From Candidatus Bruticola sp. (GTDB taxonomy: Bacteria > Vulcanimicrobiota > Xenobia > Xenobiales > Xenobiaceae), in NCBI GenBank assembly GCA_051874735.1, contig JBJEGD010000040.1, positions 1 to 64,000 of the forward strand: DNA of 64,000 nt. Direction: 5' to 3'. The notes below the pieces were generated by a model. The model had not been told where the DNA came from and did no database searches. It saw only the letters and a program-made list of their open reading frames with translations. This document shows, piece after piece, positions 28,392 to 38,565 of the stretch (position 1 is the stretch's first letter; each line of letters begins with the position of its first letter). The position numbers were made by a program, and so were the translations under genes.

Positions 28392-30463
28392 GGCTCAGAC
28401 GAAGAAGCTGTAATTTCTTTGACTAAGCTGTCAGCATGGTAAACATGGCGCAGAGCTTCCAATAGGGCCGGTGAAGCTACAGAAATATGACGGGCTTTTA
28501 CTTCATCGTAGACAAAATTGCGCACCATGCCGAACTGATTACGGTCAAAATTGAGGCCAACTAGCTCTCCTGCCTTATTGAGCACTGGACTGCCAGAGTT
28601 ACCTCCGATAGTGTCTGAAGTAGCTGTAAATACCATATGTGTATGCAGATCTAAGCTATCGCGGTTATTCAGCCATGATGGGGGCACCCGGAAAGGAGGG
28701 GTGCCTTTGTGCAATTCAGCACGTTTGTACAGGTCGTCTAAAGTTGTACACCACTTTATTTCCTGTCCGTTGTCTTGGTAACCTTTGACCACGCCATAGG
28801 AAAGGCGCAGAGTAAAAGTGGCGTCGGGAGGAACGGCGCCTTGGTCAATTTTAAAACGTTCAGTAGCTATTTGAGCGTAAGCTTTTACTGAAGGAGCCTT
28901 AAAAATATTCTCATAAGCGCGTCGCAGCTGACGGGAGTTGTCGTCTATAGACAGGGCCAGCTGAATCATGGAATCATCCGTTTTTTGCAGTTCTTGCCAA
29001 CTGAGATTGGCCAAACGTTCCCTTTCTTTGACGTCGAACAGATGGCAGCCGTCTACCAGTTCGGCCGCTCGATCGGCCGGGCTCTGTCCTTGCAGAATAA
29101 TTTGGATTGAGGGATTGTCAGCGCCTAACCGTTCGGCTGCGAAGGAAAAACTAGCGCTGAGGCGGGCCTTTTCTACGTCGGCATAGATAGGAGCTGGTGA
29201 AAATATATTCTGTTTGAGAGAATCGAGCTTAGTAGAATTGTACTCCTGCAGATGGAATTGCGGATTATCTTTTTCTCGAGCTAAACGAACTATATGTCGG
29301 GCGATCGAGAAGAGAGGACTAGGGTAAGCATCTTTCTTTTCGAGAAGGTAATAAGGCTCTTCAAGGTGGCTGATATCTCGGCAGGCTTTTTCTATATCTT
29401 GCCAAGGGGTTTGATCGCTCACTAATTTTCTGAGGCGATCTTCTTGGGCTTTTTTGCGCTCCATAATGGAAGTTCGGCACAAACCTTGATACATGCCAGT
29501 GTAAGCTTTACGGGAATTCGCTATAGAGCGTATATCGTTATTAATGCGGCGGGCGTTTTCAGGAGAGCGCTCGGCAAACTGCAAATAAGCGGCTTCCATA
29601 GCTCTGGCTCTAGCTAAACGGTAAGGAAGAGTTACCGAACGGGTATGTTTAGTTTGAGCGTAAGTTTCCAAACGATTAGTTGTACCTGGATGTCCGACTA
29701 CAAAAACGAGATCATTTTCTTGGGGGCCTTGAGGATTGATGGTGAAGAAATGTTGCGGTTTGACGGGTTTCCCATTCTCGTAGACGCGGAAGATCGCAGC
29801 ATCAAGGCAGGTACGCGGATATTCAAAATTGTCAGCATCTCCGCCGAAGAAAGCGGCTTCTTGTTCAGGAGCCCAAACTAAGCGGATATCAGTATACTTT
29901 TTGTATATGTATAAACAGTACTGGCCGCCTTGATATAACGTTACTACGTCGCAGCGCAGCTTAGTGCGTTCGCCGGCCTCTTTTTCTATGGTGGCTATAT
30001 TGGCTTTTCTTATGCTGTCAGCCTGGGCGGCGTCAGTTTGGGGAGTTATTGAGCTGTTGACCCTATCAGTAACATCGGTAATTGACTGTAGACAGTTAAT
30101 TTCTAAGTTGGGAGCTTTTAATTCCTCGCTCCTATTTTTAGCCAAAAATCCGTTGGCGATTAAGTCGCGCGTAGGAGTACTTAATTCGGAAAGGGTTTCA
30201 TCAGCTATATGATGATTAGTAATTACCAAGCCGTCCGCCGAGATAAAACCGCCCGATCCGCCGTTATTGAAGCGCACGGCGGCGTGCATAGCTTTATCGA
30301 GCCACTGTTCACTTAGAGTAAAGTTATATTTCTGAGCTAGCTGTTTTTGCGGAGGAGTATTAAAAGGGAACATTCCTTCGTCGGCCCGGCAGAGTGCGGG
30401 AAAAGCTGCGGCTGCAGCCAAGCTGATAATTAGAGCAGAAGCAGAAAACTTTATATTAATCAT
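28388..30463 (-). CDS. S46 family dipeptidyl peptidase
   Basis: Signal peptide then DEGMF, TNHH, DNFEYPR, DATFTLRLSYG, IGGNSGSP. Confidence 0.92.
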   Translation of the reverse strand: MINIKFSASALIISLAAAAAFPALCRADEGMFPFNTPPQKQLAQKYNFTLSEQWLDKAMHAAVRFNNGGSGGFISADGLVITNHHIADETLSELSTPTRDLIANGFLAKNRSEELKAPNLEINCLQSITDVTDRVNSSITPQTDAAQADSIRKANIATIEKEAGERTKLRCDVVTLYQGGQYCLYIYKKYTDIRLVWAPEQEAAFFGGDADNFEYPRTCLDAAIFRVYENGKPVKPQHFFTINPQGPQENDLVFVVGHPGTTNRLETYAQTKHTRSVTLPYRLARARAMEAAYLQFAERSPENARRINNDIRSIANSRKAYTGMYQGLCRTSIMERKKAQEDRLRKLVSDQTPWQDIEKACRDISHLEEPYYLLEKKDAYPSPLFSIARHIVRLAREKDNPQFHLQEYNSTKLDSLKQNIFSPAPIYADVEKARLSASFSFAAERLGADNPSIQIILQGQSPADRAAELVDGCHLFDVKERERLANLSWQELQKTDDSMIQLALSIDDNSRQLRRAYENIFKAPSVKAYAQIATERFKIDQGAVPPDATFTLRLSYGVVKGYQDNGQEIKWCTTLDDLYKRAELHKGTPPFRVPPSWLNNRDSLDLHTHMVFTATSDTIGGNSGSPVLNKAGELVGLNFDRNQFGMVRNFVYDEVKARHISVASPALLEALRHVYHADSLVKEITASSSEP

Positions 30464-30699
30464 AAAAATATACTTCTTATATAAATTAACTTATTTCCTG
30501 CTGGTGGAGCTAGTCACTGTTACTCTGGGAAAGCTCTGTACTTTATAAATAAGTCTGATAGAGTGGTTATTACCTTTACTTCTAGGAATATTTGCTCTTG
30601 GCGGTAAAATTATACTTTGAAGGTTGAGGTGTTAACATATCTTCCATGTAGTTCTGTATATCTACATGTCGGTAAAGTATGGTCAAAGGGGCAAATTCT

Positions 30700-31368
30700 A
30701 TGGGACAGCAAATTCTGATTATCGGTTTGGGACAGTTCGGCATGTCGTTGGCCCGCACACTTTCTGAAAAAGGCGTGGAAGTGTTGGCTGTAGATCGCGA
30801 TCTTTCCCTGGTAGAAGAAGCCTCGCTCTTTGTAGCCGACGCCATGCAGATACGCATCGCTGATGAAGTAGATATGGCTAGGCTTGATCCTTCGAAACGC
30901 GATGCCGCTGTGTGTGCTATTGGAGATCAAGCTAAAGAAGATTCGATTATTTGTACCGCTCTTTTAAGTCAACTAGGCGCTCCTTTTATTGTTGCTAGAG
31001 CGCGTGATTCAGTACATAAACGAATTCTCAAAGCTGTAGGAGCCAATCTGATTATAAATCCGGAACGTGAATTCGGCCGCCGTTTTGCTACGCGTCTCAT
31101 TAACCGCCACATGGTTGTCGATACCGATTTGGGCGATGACTGTCTGCTAACGGAAATAAGAGTTCAACCAGGTATGGTTGGCAAAAATCTAATTGAGTTG
31201 GAACTGCCTAAGCGTTTCGAAGTCATGGTAGCTGGCATACGCTGTTCTGAAGATCCTTCTAAAATTATCCATCCTAATCCCAGTATTCCTTTAAAAGCCA
31301 ATGATAGACTCATTATTGTTTCTAATGAGTTAGCTATTGCTGAAATGCAAAAAACTTTTCGCCGTTAA
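30700..31368 (+). CDS. ktrA: KtrA/TrkA family K+ uptake RCK subunit
   Basis: IIGLGQFG Rossmann motif, INPERE, C-terminal TrkA_C domain. Confidence 0.9.
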   Translation: MGQQILIIGLGQFGMSLARTLSEKGVEVLAVDRDLSLVEEASLFVADAMQIRIADEVDMARLDPSKRDAAVCAIGDQAKEDSIICTALLSQLGAPFIVARARDSVHKRILKAVGANLIINPEREFGRRFATRLINRHMVVDTDLGDDCLLTEIRVQPGMVGKNLIELELPKRFEVMVAGIRCSEDPSKIIHPNPSIPLKANDRLIIVSNELAIAEMQKTFRR

Positions 31369-31374
31369 AAACTT

Positions 31375-33414
31375 ATGATAAAGAGATTGGCAGATTTATA
31401 CGATAGGCTCAGAGAAGCTGCTTCAGGTTGGTCCGCTTTCAGCAGTGCTGCCATCGTTCTTTCCCCCTTAGCCTTTATCTTCTTTGGGCTCGATCTCGAG
31501 GAAGGCGGCACTATTCCGGCTTTCCGAGGTCTATGTTCAAGTCTGGCTTTAATTTTTACCGTCTCCATAGGTCTATTCTGGGATAAACACCCCAAAATAG
31601 GCAAGTTCCTCGCTATAGGCGATACTTTTGCTTGTATAGGAGCAGCCGGCAAATATATATTTAACGATCCGTTTTCAGCTTTGACTATCTTTGCGGCAGT
31701 TTCAGTTTTAATAAACGCCGTGATTCATTATAAGGGCCATACTGGTGGATACGCCGCTCCTAAACATCAGGCGATCGATTTGGAAGCTGTCAACGGAGCG
31801 GTAGGTGGTTTTGTCAGCCTATTTTTTATAACTTGGCTGCTTTGCGGATTCAGCAATCGGTTAGGCCTGTCGCTATGTGCTTGCGGTGGACTTATTTGTC
31901 AGCTTATTTTTTATAAGTGGTCTCGTATTACCGCCTCTAAAATTCCCCAAACGGCTGTATTATTCTGTTTCTTCTTAATTTGTTTCAGTTTTTCCGCTTC
32001 TGGAACTTGGCTGACTGTAATTTCAATTTTTTTCTCTATTTTTGTTGATATATTTATCGCCAGCAGTTACGGAGATTTAAAGCTTAGAGAAGATTTAGGC
32101 ATAGACTTCTTTATAAATCGCCCAGCGCGTTTTTTACTATTTACTTTTGTGCTGCTCTGTACGGTCGGTTCGATTCTTCTATATTTGCCTATATCGTCTC
32201 ACAATAGTCTTGAATTTATAGATGCTGCTTTTATTGCAGTTAGTGCATCTTGCGTAACTGGATTGACTTGCATAGATATAGACCAATTTACCGTTTACGG
32301 TAAAATTTTTATTGTTATGCTTGTCCAATTGGGAGGTCTTGGGATGATGGGTACCGCCTCTTTAGCGATGCACGCTATGGGACGACGACTCAGTCTCCGT
32401 CATGAACGTCTGCTGGCTTCTCTTTCAGAATCAGAAAGTGGTCCCAACCTCATACGATCTTTATATATCATAGGAATTTATGTTTTTATTTTGGAGCTGC
32501 TCGGCGGCTTGATTATGACTTGGGCTCTAATAAATCAGGGAATGGCTTGGAAGAGCGCTGTAGGGCGAGCCTTTTTTATGGCCGTTACTGCTTTTTGTAA
32601 CGCCGGCATGACATACGACAGCTTTAACATGGTAACTTACGCTCAGACTCCTGTTATGCTTTACACTGTAGCTTTTTTGGTCATTCTAGGCAGTATGTCG
32701 CCTCTGACTTTTTTAGCTGTTCCTCTTTGGTTCAAGCGTCGCCATATATCATTAGTCAGTTTTTTAGCCTTATCGGCTACTATGTTGCTCTTATCTTTGG
32801 GGACCGTATTATATTTGTTGTTAGAATGGAATGGAGTTTTTGCTCATCTAAATCTCCCGGACAAGTTCCACAATGCTTTTTTTCTCTCAGCGGTAGGGAG
32901 GACAGCTGGCTTCAATTCTGTAGATGTAAGTGGTTTAGCCCCTTTGAGCGTGATTATCAGTTTGGTATTTATGCTTATAGGTGGTTGTCCGGGAGGTACA
33001 GCTGGAGGGATGAAAACTGTTACGATAGCCATTATGTTATTGGCTTTTTGGAGCGATCTTAACCAAGAAAAAGAGGTCGTCTGCCGCCGTCGTCTTATTC
33101 CACATCATACGGTAAGGCGCACCGTTACTATTTTTGTGGCTTTTATGCTGACCTTAGCCTGCAGTACTATATTGCTGCTTTTGACTCAAAATATAGCTCC
33201 TAAGCTGCTCATTTTTGAAGCTGTATCTGCATTAGGTACTGTGGGCATGAGTCTAGGGGCTACTCCTAATTTAGATGAAATAGGCAAAGATATTATTATC
33301 TTTACTATGTTTTGTGGCCGAATTGGCCCTATTTCTATGTTCGCCGTTATGGCTGATAATAATCCTGTTAAACATGAAGTCGGATACCCTCAGGAAAATA
33401 TTCCTTTAACTTAA
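31375..33414 (+). CDS. ktrB: KtrB/TrkH family K+ uptake membrane subunit with N-terminal TM extension
   Basis: Four pore-loop motifs: SASCVTGL, TAFCNAG, RTAGFN, SALGTVGMS; also GGTAGGMK and MFCGRIG. Confidence 0.9.
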   Translation: MIKRLADLYDRLREAASGWSAFSSAAIVLSPLAFIFFGLDLEEGGTIPAFRGLCSSLALIFTVSIGLFWDKHPKIGKFLAIGDTFACIGAAGKYIFNDPFSALTIFAAVSVLINAVIHYKGHTGGYAAPKHQAIDLEAVNGAVGGFVSLFFITWLLCGFSNRLGLSLCACGGLICQLIFYKWSRITASKIPQTAVLFCFFLICFSFSASGTWLTVISIFFSIFVDIFIASSYGDLKLREDLGIDFFINRPARFLLFTFVLLCTVGSILLYLPISSHNSLEFIDAAFIAVSASCVTGLTCIDIDQFTVYGKIFIVMLVQLGGLGMMGTASLAMHAMGRRLSLRHERLLASLSESESGPNLIRSLYIIGIYVFILELLGGLIMTWALINQGMAWKSAVGRAFFMAVTAFCNAGMTYDSFNMVTYAQTPVMLYTVAFLVILGSMSPLTFLAVPLWFKRRHISLVSFLALSATMLLLSLGTVLYLLLEWNGVFAHLNLPDKFHNAFFLSAVGRTAGFNSVDVSGLAPLSVIISLVFMLIGGCPGGTAGGMKTVTIAIMLLAFWSDLNQEKEVVCRRRLIPHHTVRRTVTIFVAFMLTLACSTILLLLTQNIAPKLLIFEAVSALGTVGMSLGATPNLDEIGKDIIIFTMFCGRIGPISMFAVMADNNPVKHEVGYPQENIPLT

Positions 33415-33462
33415 CTTTTAGCAGAGAAAAAAGATAATTGGGGCAGAGGCGTAAAAAGCCAT

Positions 33463-34119
33463 ATGAAAGTAGCAAAGTCTGTAAAAATAAGTATTTGGTG
33501 CTTCATACTTTTCAATTTAATGGTAGCATACTGCTGTATCTGGATCTTTACGCGCATGTTACCTTCTATAGAAGCGGTAATTCAAGATAATGAAACGTCT
33601 ATTCATGTTTCTATGACTATGATGGCCATGCTCACTCAGCATCAGCATGGCCTCGTCTCTAAGCATATTGCTATGCCTAAGTTTGAGCGGTATTTAAAAG
33701 AAGCGGAAGATCTCGTCAGTGAGAAAGGGGAAACTGAATATCTGAAGGTTATTAGAGAACATTATCGGAATGCTTTCGAGGGGAAAAAGCTGGAGTTTAA
33801 TGTAGTGACTGACGCTATAGTTAGGCTAGAAAACGTAAACAGGGAAGCCATGCATAATTCTATTGTGAAGGCTCAACATATGGGGCGAACGGGCGCCTGG
33901 GGTATAGTGTTTATGGCCATTATGAATTTTATTGCCGGCTTAATTTTTATGCATAACTTAAATCTAAAATTTATTGAACCGATGGAAGAGATAGAACAGA
34001 CTATCAGCGACTTCAAAAAAGGTAATAAAATGCGCCGCTGTTTAGTTTCTAGCCAATCGATGGGCATGGAAAAAATTATGCGCAATCTTAACGATCTTTT
34101 AGACTCCATCGATCAGTAG
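33463..34119 (+). CDS. Two-TM protein with a helical periplasmic domain and HAMP-like C-terminus, no output domain
   Basis: TM-helical domain-TM, then FIEPMEEI...NLNDLLD HAMP-like segment and stop. Confidence 0.6.
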   Translation: MKVAKSVKISIWCFILFNLMVAYCCIWIFTRMLPSIEAVIQDNETSIHVSMTMMAMLTQHQHGLVSKHIAMPKFERYLKEAEDLVSEKGETEYLKVIREHYRNAFEGKKLEFNVVTDAIVRLENVNREAMHNSIVKAQHMGRTGAWGIVFMAIMNFIAGLIFMHNLNLKFIEPMEEIEQTISDFKKGNKMRRCLVSSQSMGMEKIMRNLNDLLDSIDQ

Positions 34120-34168
34120 GCTTTATCGGTTAGTGCATTTCTAGTGTTTAAAAGGCAAAAATTAGTAT

Positions 34169-35128
34169 ATGAAGTTAGACCATTATACCGTTATCGATGT
34201 TGAAACTGCCAATGCTAACCGCAGTTCTATATGCCAAATTGCCGTTCAGGAAATATATGGCGATCAAATAATTTTTGAAGCTTGCAGTCTGATCAATCCT
34301 CAGGAACATTTTGATGATCTTAATATCTCCATTCATCATATTGAGGAAGCCGAGGTAAAAAATGCCCCTACTATGGCTCAGTATTGGCCTAAAATTAAAG
34401 ATCACTGTTTAAACACAGTTATCGTGGCCCATAATGCAATTTTTGATCTTTCGGCCTTGAGCGGCTCTCTGCGTAAATACTCTATTCCTTTGCCTCCTAG
34501 TTTCAAGTATTTATGTACTTTGAAGTTGGCAGAACGCTTGTTACCTGGTCGTCGCAGATCTCAAAACCCTGCCCTCAAAGCCTTAGAAAATCCTGGAAGC
34601 GTAGGTTATTCTTTAAAAGCTCTGTGCTGCTATTATTCTATAAATATGATTAGACATCATGACGCCTTTTCTGATACAGATGCGTGTCGCCGCCTTCTAG
34701 AAAATTTGTTGCAGGAAGGCGAATTACTGGAAAGCGATATAGGGGAATATGTAAATTTTAACCAAGCGGGCTTTGCCGATTATGAAGGGGACGGGATGAG
34801 CGCCCATAACGAAAAATCCGCTTCTGACAGTTTTAATTCGTTTAAAGTTCATCAGGAGGTGCGCATCTGTCTTACTGGCAAGTTTCGTTTAGGTAGGCGC
34901 GACAAAGTGGAAAAAATGCTGACAGACGCCGGGGCTGTAATACAAAACTCAGTAGGCTTTGATACCGATTATTTAGTTACTGGCAATTTAAAAAATTTGG
35001 GAGCTCAATTGTCAGCTAAAGAAAAGAAAGCCGAGCAGGTTAAAGCGGCAGGTTGCGATCTTAAAATAATTAATGAAATGGAAATGAGCACTTTGTTGAA
35101 AGTTCTCTCCGAAAGTAGCCGTACTTAA
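34169..35128 (+). CDS. DEDDh 3'-5' exonuclease (DnaQ-like) with C-terminal BRCT domain
   Basis: IDVET, VAHNAIFD, HHDAFSD; BRCT ICLTG...SVGFDTDYLVTG. Confidence 0.88.
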   Translation: MKLDHYTVIDVETANANRSSICQIAVQEIYGDQIIFEACSLINPQEHFDDLNISIHHIEEAEVKNAPTMAQYWPKIKDHCLNTVIVAHNAIFDLSALSGSLRKYSIPLPPSFKYLCTLKLAERLLPGRRRSQNPALKALENPGSVGYSLKALCCYYSINMIRHHDAFSDTDACRRLLENLLQEGELLESDIGEYVNFNQAGFADYEGDGMSAHNEKSASDSFNSFKVHQEVRICLTGKFRLGRRDKVEKMLTDAGAVIQNSVGFDTDYLVTGNLKNLGAQLSAKEKKAEQVKAAGCDLKIINEMEMSTLLKVLSESSRT

Positions 35129-36108
35129 GGTCTATTTGGGCTTAAAGCTGTAATCGCTTTCTGCAGGCTGGCTGCGGTGGGATCTTCTTCGATGGGGCCG
35201 TTGGCATAAAGAGGCCTGCGGCTGATTTGCTTGCTTATGTAAAGTTGCTGATCTTTATTGAGCAGTTCATTAAGCTTTTTAGCTGCGTTTTTTTCGGCAT
35301 TTTTGTCTTCTTCCGCTGCTTCAATAAGTTTTAGCACGCATCGAGCTTGAGCCGGAGTCAGGGCTAACGATCCGCCTTTATCTTCTAAAAAAATTATAGC
35401 CGCTAAGCAGCGCTCATAATTGTTGTTGATGCGCTGCTTTGTTTGTCTTTGTAGGGCTTGCATATATTCATCAGAATATCCTGGCTTTAGTAGTCCTTTG
35501 TCAGAGCTGGAAACGTCTTTATCTTTCTCAGGGCGCTGTAGGTGAGCTTGAGCCATCTGCATGCTCAGTTGAGCTTGAGTTTCCGGACTTATTGGCGCCG
35601 CGTCAGAATCTTGGCCGCCTGTAAGCGCCGTTTGCAGCTCAGTCTGGCGGCTATCTTTGCTTCCGCCATCATGTCCGGGAAGATGTTTGACAAATATTTG
35701 TTTAGGAGCGCCTTGCTGCACAGCGGGCCGAACAGATTGACCTTGAAATATGGAACTAGAGCGATCTATTTTGGGCATACCAACTCGGTTAGGTACGCTA
35801 GCCGGGGCGTTTTCTCCGAAACCTACAGCTAAATTTCCTGTATTTGACATTTTATCAACTTCAGTTTTGGGCGGTCCCATGTGATCTACGGTATTATCTG
35901 GTAGTTCGGCCTCAGAAGAAGTTACAACCCTAGATAGACGGTTGTCATTCTGCTCATTATTGGCATGGCCTTGAAAAACTAAAGTTTTGTCTGCTTTGGA
36001 AGCTGGTCCGAGGTGGCTTATTTGACCTTCAGAAATAAACCTTATTTGCAGAGCGGCCCAAACGGTGAAAAACAGAGCAGTTGCTTTAAACAGATTAAGA
36101 CGGAACAT
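35125..36108 (-). CDS. Hypothetical exported or membrane-anchored protein
   Basis: N-terminal hydrophobic segment, disordered middle, helical C-terminus (LALTPAQAR). Confidence 0.55.
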   Translation of the reverse strand: MFRLNLFKATALFFTVWAALQIRFISEGQISHLGPASKADKTLVFQGHANNEQNDNRLSRVVTSSEAELPDNTVDHMGPPKTEVDKMSNTGNLAVGFGENAPASVPNRVGMPKIDRSSSIFQGQSVRPAVQQGAPKQIFVKHLPGHDGGSKDSRQTELQTALTGGQDSDAAPISPETQAQLSMQMAQAHLQRPEKDKDVSSSDKGLLKPGYSDEYMQALQRQTKQRINNNYERCLAAIIFLEDKGGSLALTPAQARCVLKLIEAAEEDKNAEKNAAKKLNELLNKDQQLYISKQISRRPLYANGPIEEDPTAASLQKAITALSPNRP

Positions 36109-36269
36109 ACTCTTTATTATAAGAATATCTGTAGTTAGACGCTAGCGTCTCCAAACTCTTTAAATGGAGGAATAACATTTTTTCTCTTCTTGACAAAGAT
36201 TGGCGATGTTGTAGACTTTTTGGGCATTTGTTTCCGCCATATTGTAAAAATTAGGAAAGCGTAAGAGTT

Positions 36270-38246
36270 GTGAGCTTTAAAAATTTAGTCAAGACTTTGG
36301 GACGCGTTCTCAAATATCTGCTGCCTTATTGGAAAATTGTCGTTATTGCGCTGCTGTTTAATCTGTTAGCTACTGGAACCCGTCTGTGCCAGGCTAAATT
36401 TGTGGGCTGGATTATGGAATTAATGTCTAAGGGCAGTCCAGCTATAGCTGAACTTTTGGAACAAGATAAAAGAGAGGATAGCTTAAGACTTCGTCAGGCC
36501 GGTATCACTCCTTACGGAGAGAAAGAAGCCACCTCAGTGGCGGCAGCCGGTGGCCGATCGGCGTCGGGGCAGGTTCAAAATGGCAGAGGGGCTACAGAAG
36601 CTGTCAGTAAGTCTGCTGGAGAACTCAACAGTCAGGAAGAGGCTTTCAACAAATTTTTTAGTTATGACAACGGTCGCAATCCTTTTATGACTCTAAATTA
36701 CGTTTGTCTGCTGTTCCTAATAGTAATGGCTGTCATGGGCGTATGCACTTACTTCCAAAAGTATCTTACCGATCAATGTGGTCAGTTGGCCATACGAGAT
36801 TTCCGCAGCAATGTTTTCTGTGCTTTGCAGCGTCTGCCAGTTAAATTTTTCGATCAGATGCGATCTGGTGAAGTTTTATCTCGCTCCACAACTGATGTAA
36901 TCACTGCTTCCGGTGTTTTCAGTCTGCTTTCTGAGTTTACTAAAAATTTTCTTATGGTAGCCGGATGCTTTATTTGGATGTTCTGGCGCGATTGGCAGAT
37001 GACGATAGTAGTTTTAGTTATCAGTCCTTTAGTTGCCATTGCTATCAGCAATTTCGGGGCAAAAATAGGGCAAAAAACTAGTAAGCTGCAGGCTCGTTTA
37101 GCCGATTTGTCAGCTTTGCAGTTCGAAAATGTGTCAGCTGTAAAAGTTGTCAAAGCTAACTGCCGTGAAGATTATGAGTATAAGCGCTTTGTCGATCGCA
37201 ATGAAGATAATTACGCCGCACAGATGAAAGTCGTCCAAGTGCAATCTATGCAGTCACCCGTAGTAGAATTTTTGGGCATAATTGGCATTATTATTATCGT
37301 TTGGTTCGGAGCTACTCGCATTCTTCAAGGTCAGGTCAGCTTTGCACAAATGACCGAATATTGGGCTTTAATGGCCATGACTAGTCACCCACTGTCGGTG
37401 CTTTCTACTTTTTACGGTAGCTGCCAAAATTCCGCTGCCGCGGCGGTGCGAGCTTTTGAAATTATCGATTCCGTTCCGGAAACTTCCTGTGATGGCGCCG
37501 AAGTGTTACCCGAAATAAAGGGAGAAGTGGAATTTAAAAATGTTTCGTTCGCTTATGAAAAAGATAAACCAGTTTTGGAAAACGTCAATTTAAAAATAAA
37601 AGCTGGTGAATTTGTCGCTATTGTCGGTACTAATGGTTCGGGCAAATCTACATTGGTAAATATGTTGGAGCGTTTTTACACTCCCGACTCCGGACAAATT
37701 ACTATTGACGGTCATGACATTACCAAAGTTACCTTGGATTCGCTCCGTTCTCAGATAGGTATCGTCTTTCAAGAATCGGTACTCTTCCGTGATACTATTT
37801 ATGAAAATGTACGTTACGGAAATTTAGATGCTGATGAAGCTGAAATTAAAAAGGCTATTACTATGTCGGGAGCTGATGAGTTTGTAGCGAAGTTCCCCGA
37901 AGGCTTAAATACTAATGTGGGAGAGCGCGGTTCGGCTCTCTCTGGAGGTCAGCGCCAACGTTTAGCTGTAGCTAGAGCTTTAGTTCATAATCCACGTATT
38001 CTAATTTTAGATGAATACACTTCCGGACTTGACGCCAACGCAGAAAGTAGCCTAACTGAAGTGATTGATACTTCTATGAAAGGGCGCACCTGTCTGGTAA
38101 TTGCCCACCGCTTAGCTACTATTAGACATGCTGATCGTATTGTAGTTATGAATTCTGGCAAAGTTGCCGAAGAAGGATCTCATAGTGAACTGATGGCTAA
38201 AAACGGATTGTATCGCCGTATTTTTGAAACGCAGTCTATAGTTTAG
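36270..38246 (+). CDS. ABC exporter, fused permease/ATPase (MsbA-like)
   Basis: TM domain, Walker A GTNGSGKST, LSGGQRQR, ILILDE, IAHRL. Confidence 0.93.
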   Translation: MSFKNLVKTLGRVLKYLLPYWKIVVIALLFNLLATGTRLCQAKFVGWIMELMSKGSPAIAELLEQDKREDSLRLRQAGITPYGEKEATSVAAAGGRSASGQVQNGRGATEAVSKSAGELNSQEEAFNKFFSYDNGRNPFMTLNYVCLLFLIVMAVMGVCTYFQKYLTDQCGQLAIRDFRSNVFCALQRLPVKFFDQMRSGEVLSRSTTDVITASGVFSLLSEFTKNFLMVAGCFIWMFWRDWQMTIVVLVISPLVAIAISNFGAKIGQKTSKLQARLADLSALQFENVSAVKVVKANCREDYEYKRFVDRNEDNYAAQMKVVQVQSMQSPVVEFLGIIGIIIIVWFGATRILQGQVSFAQMTEYWALMAMTSHPLSVLSTFYGSCQNSAAAAVRAFEIIDSVPETSCDGAEVLPEIKGEVEFKNVSFAYEKDKPVLENVNLKIKAGEFVAIVGTNGSGKSTLVNMLERFYTPDSGQITIDGHDITKVTLDSLRSQIGIVFQESVLFRDTIYENVRYGNLDADEAEIKKAITMSGADEFVAKFPEGLNTNVGERGSALSGGQRQRLAVARALVHNPRILILDEYTSGLDANAESSLTEVIDTSMKGRTCLVIAHRLATIRHADRIVVMNSGKVAEEGSHSELMAKNGLYRRIFETQSIV

Positions 38247-38287
38247 CAGGAAGAGCTTGTCTATAGTTAACTAACATCATAAACAAT

Positions 38288-38356
38288 CGAGCTGAGAAAA
38301 TGTCTTTGCTCTTGCTAACTAATGGGCAGAGACAAACTTCTGAGCTCGTTTTTTTT
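38288..38356 (+). terminator. Long stem-loop with T-tail after the ABC exporter
   Basis: CGAGCT...TGTCTTTGC...GCAGAGACA...AGCTCG followed by a T-run. Confidence 0.55.
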
Positions 38357-38565
38357 GATTTATTATTTCTTTATTTGATTATCGACTTTCCAAACTTAAT
38401 AAAAAAACGTTCTTGCCAGGGCTTGACAGCCATTTAGACAAGAACGTTAGCCTATAAAAAAAGTAAACAGCACGAACGGTAATACTTTAGACTAAAATTG
38501 TCTGCTTGCTTTTTTATCGGAGATTTCAGATAAAAATTAGCCTGGAACAGTAAAAACTCAGCTAA

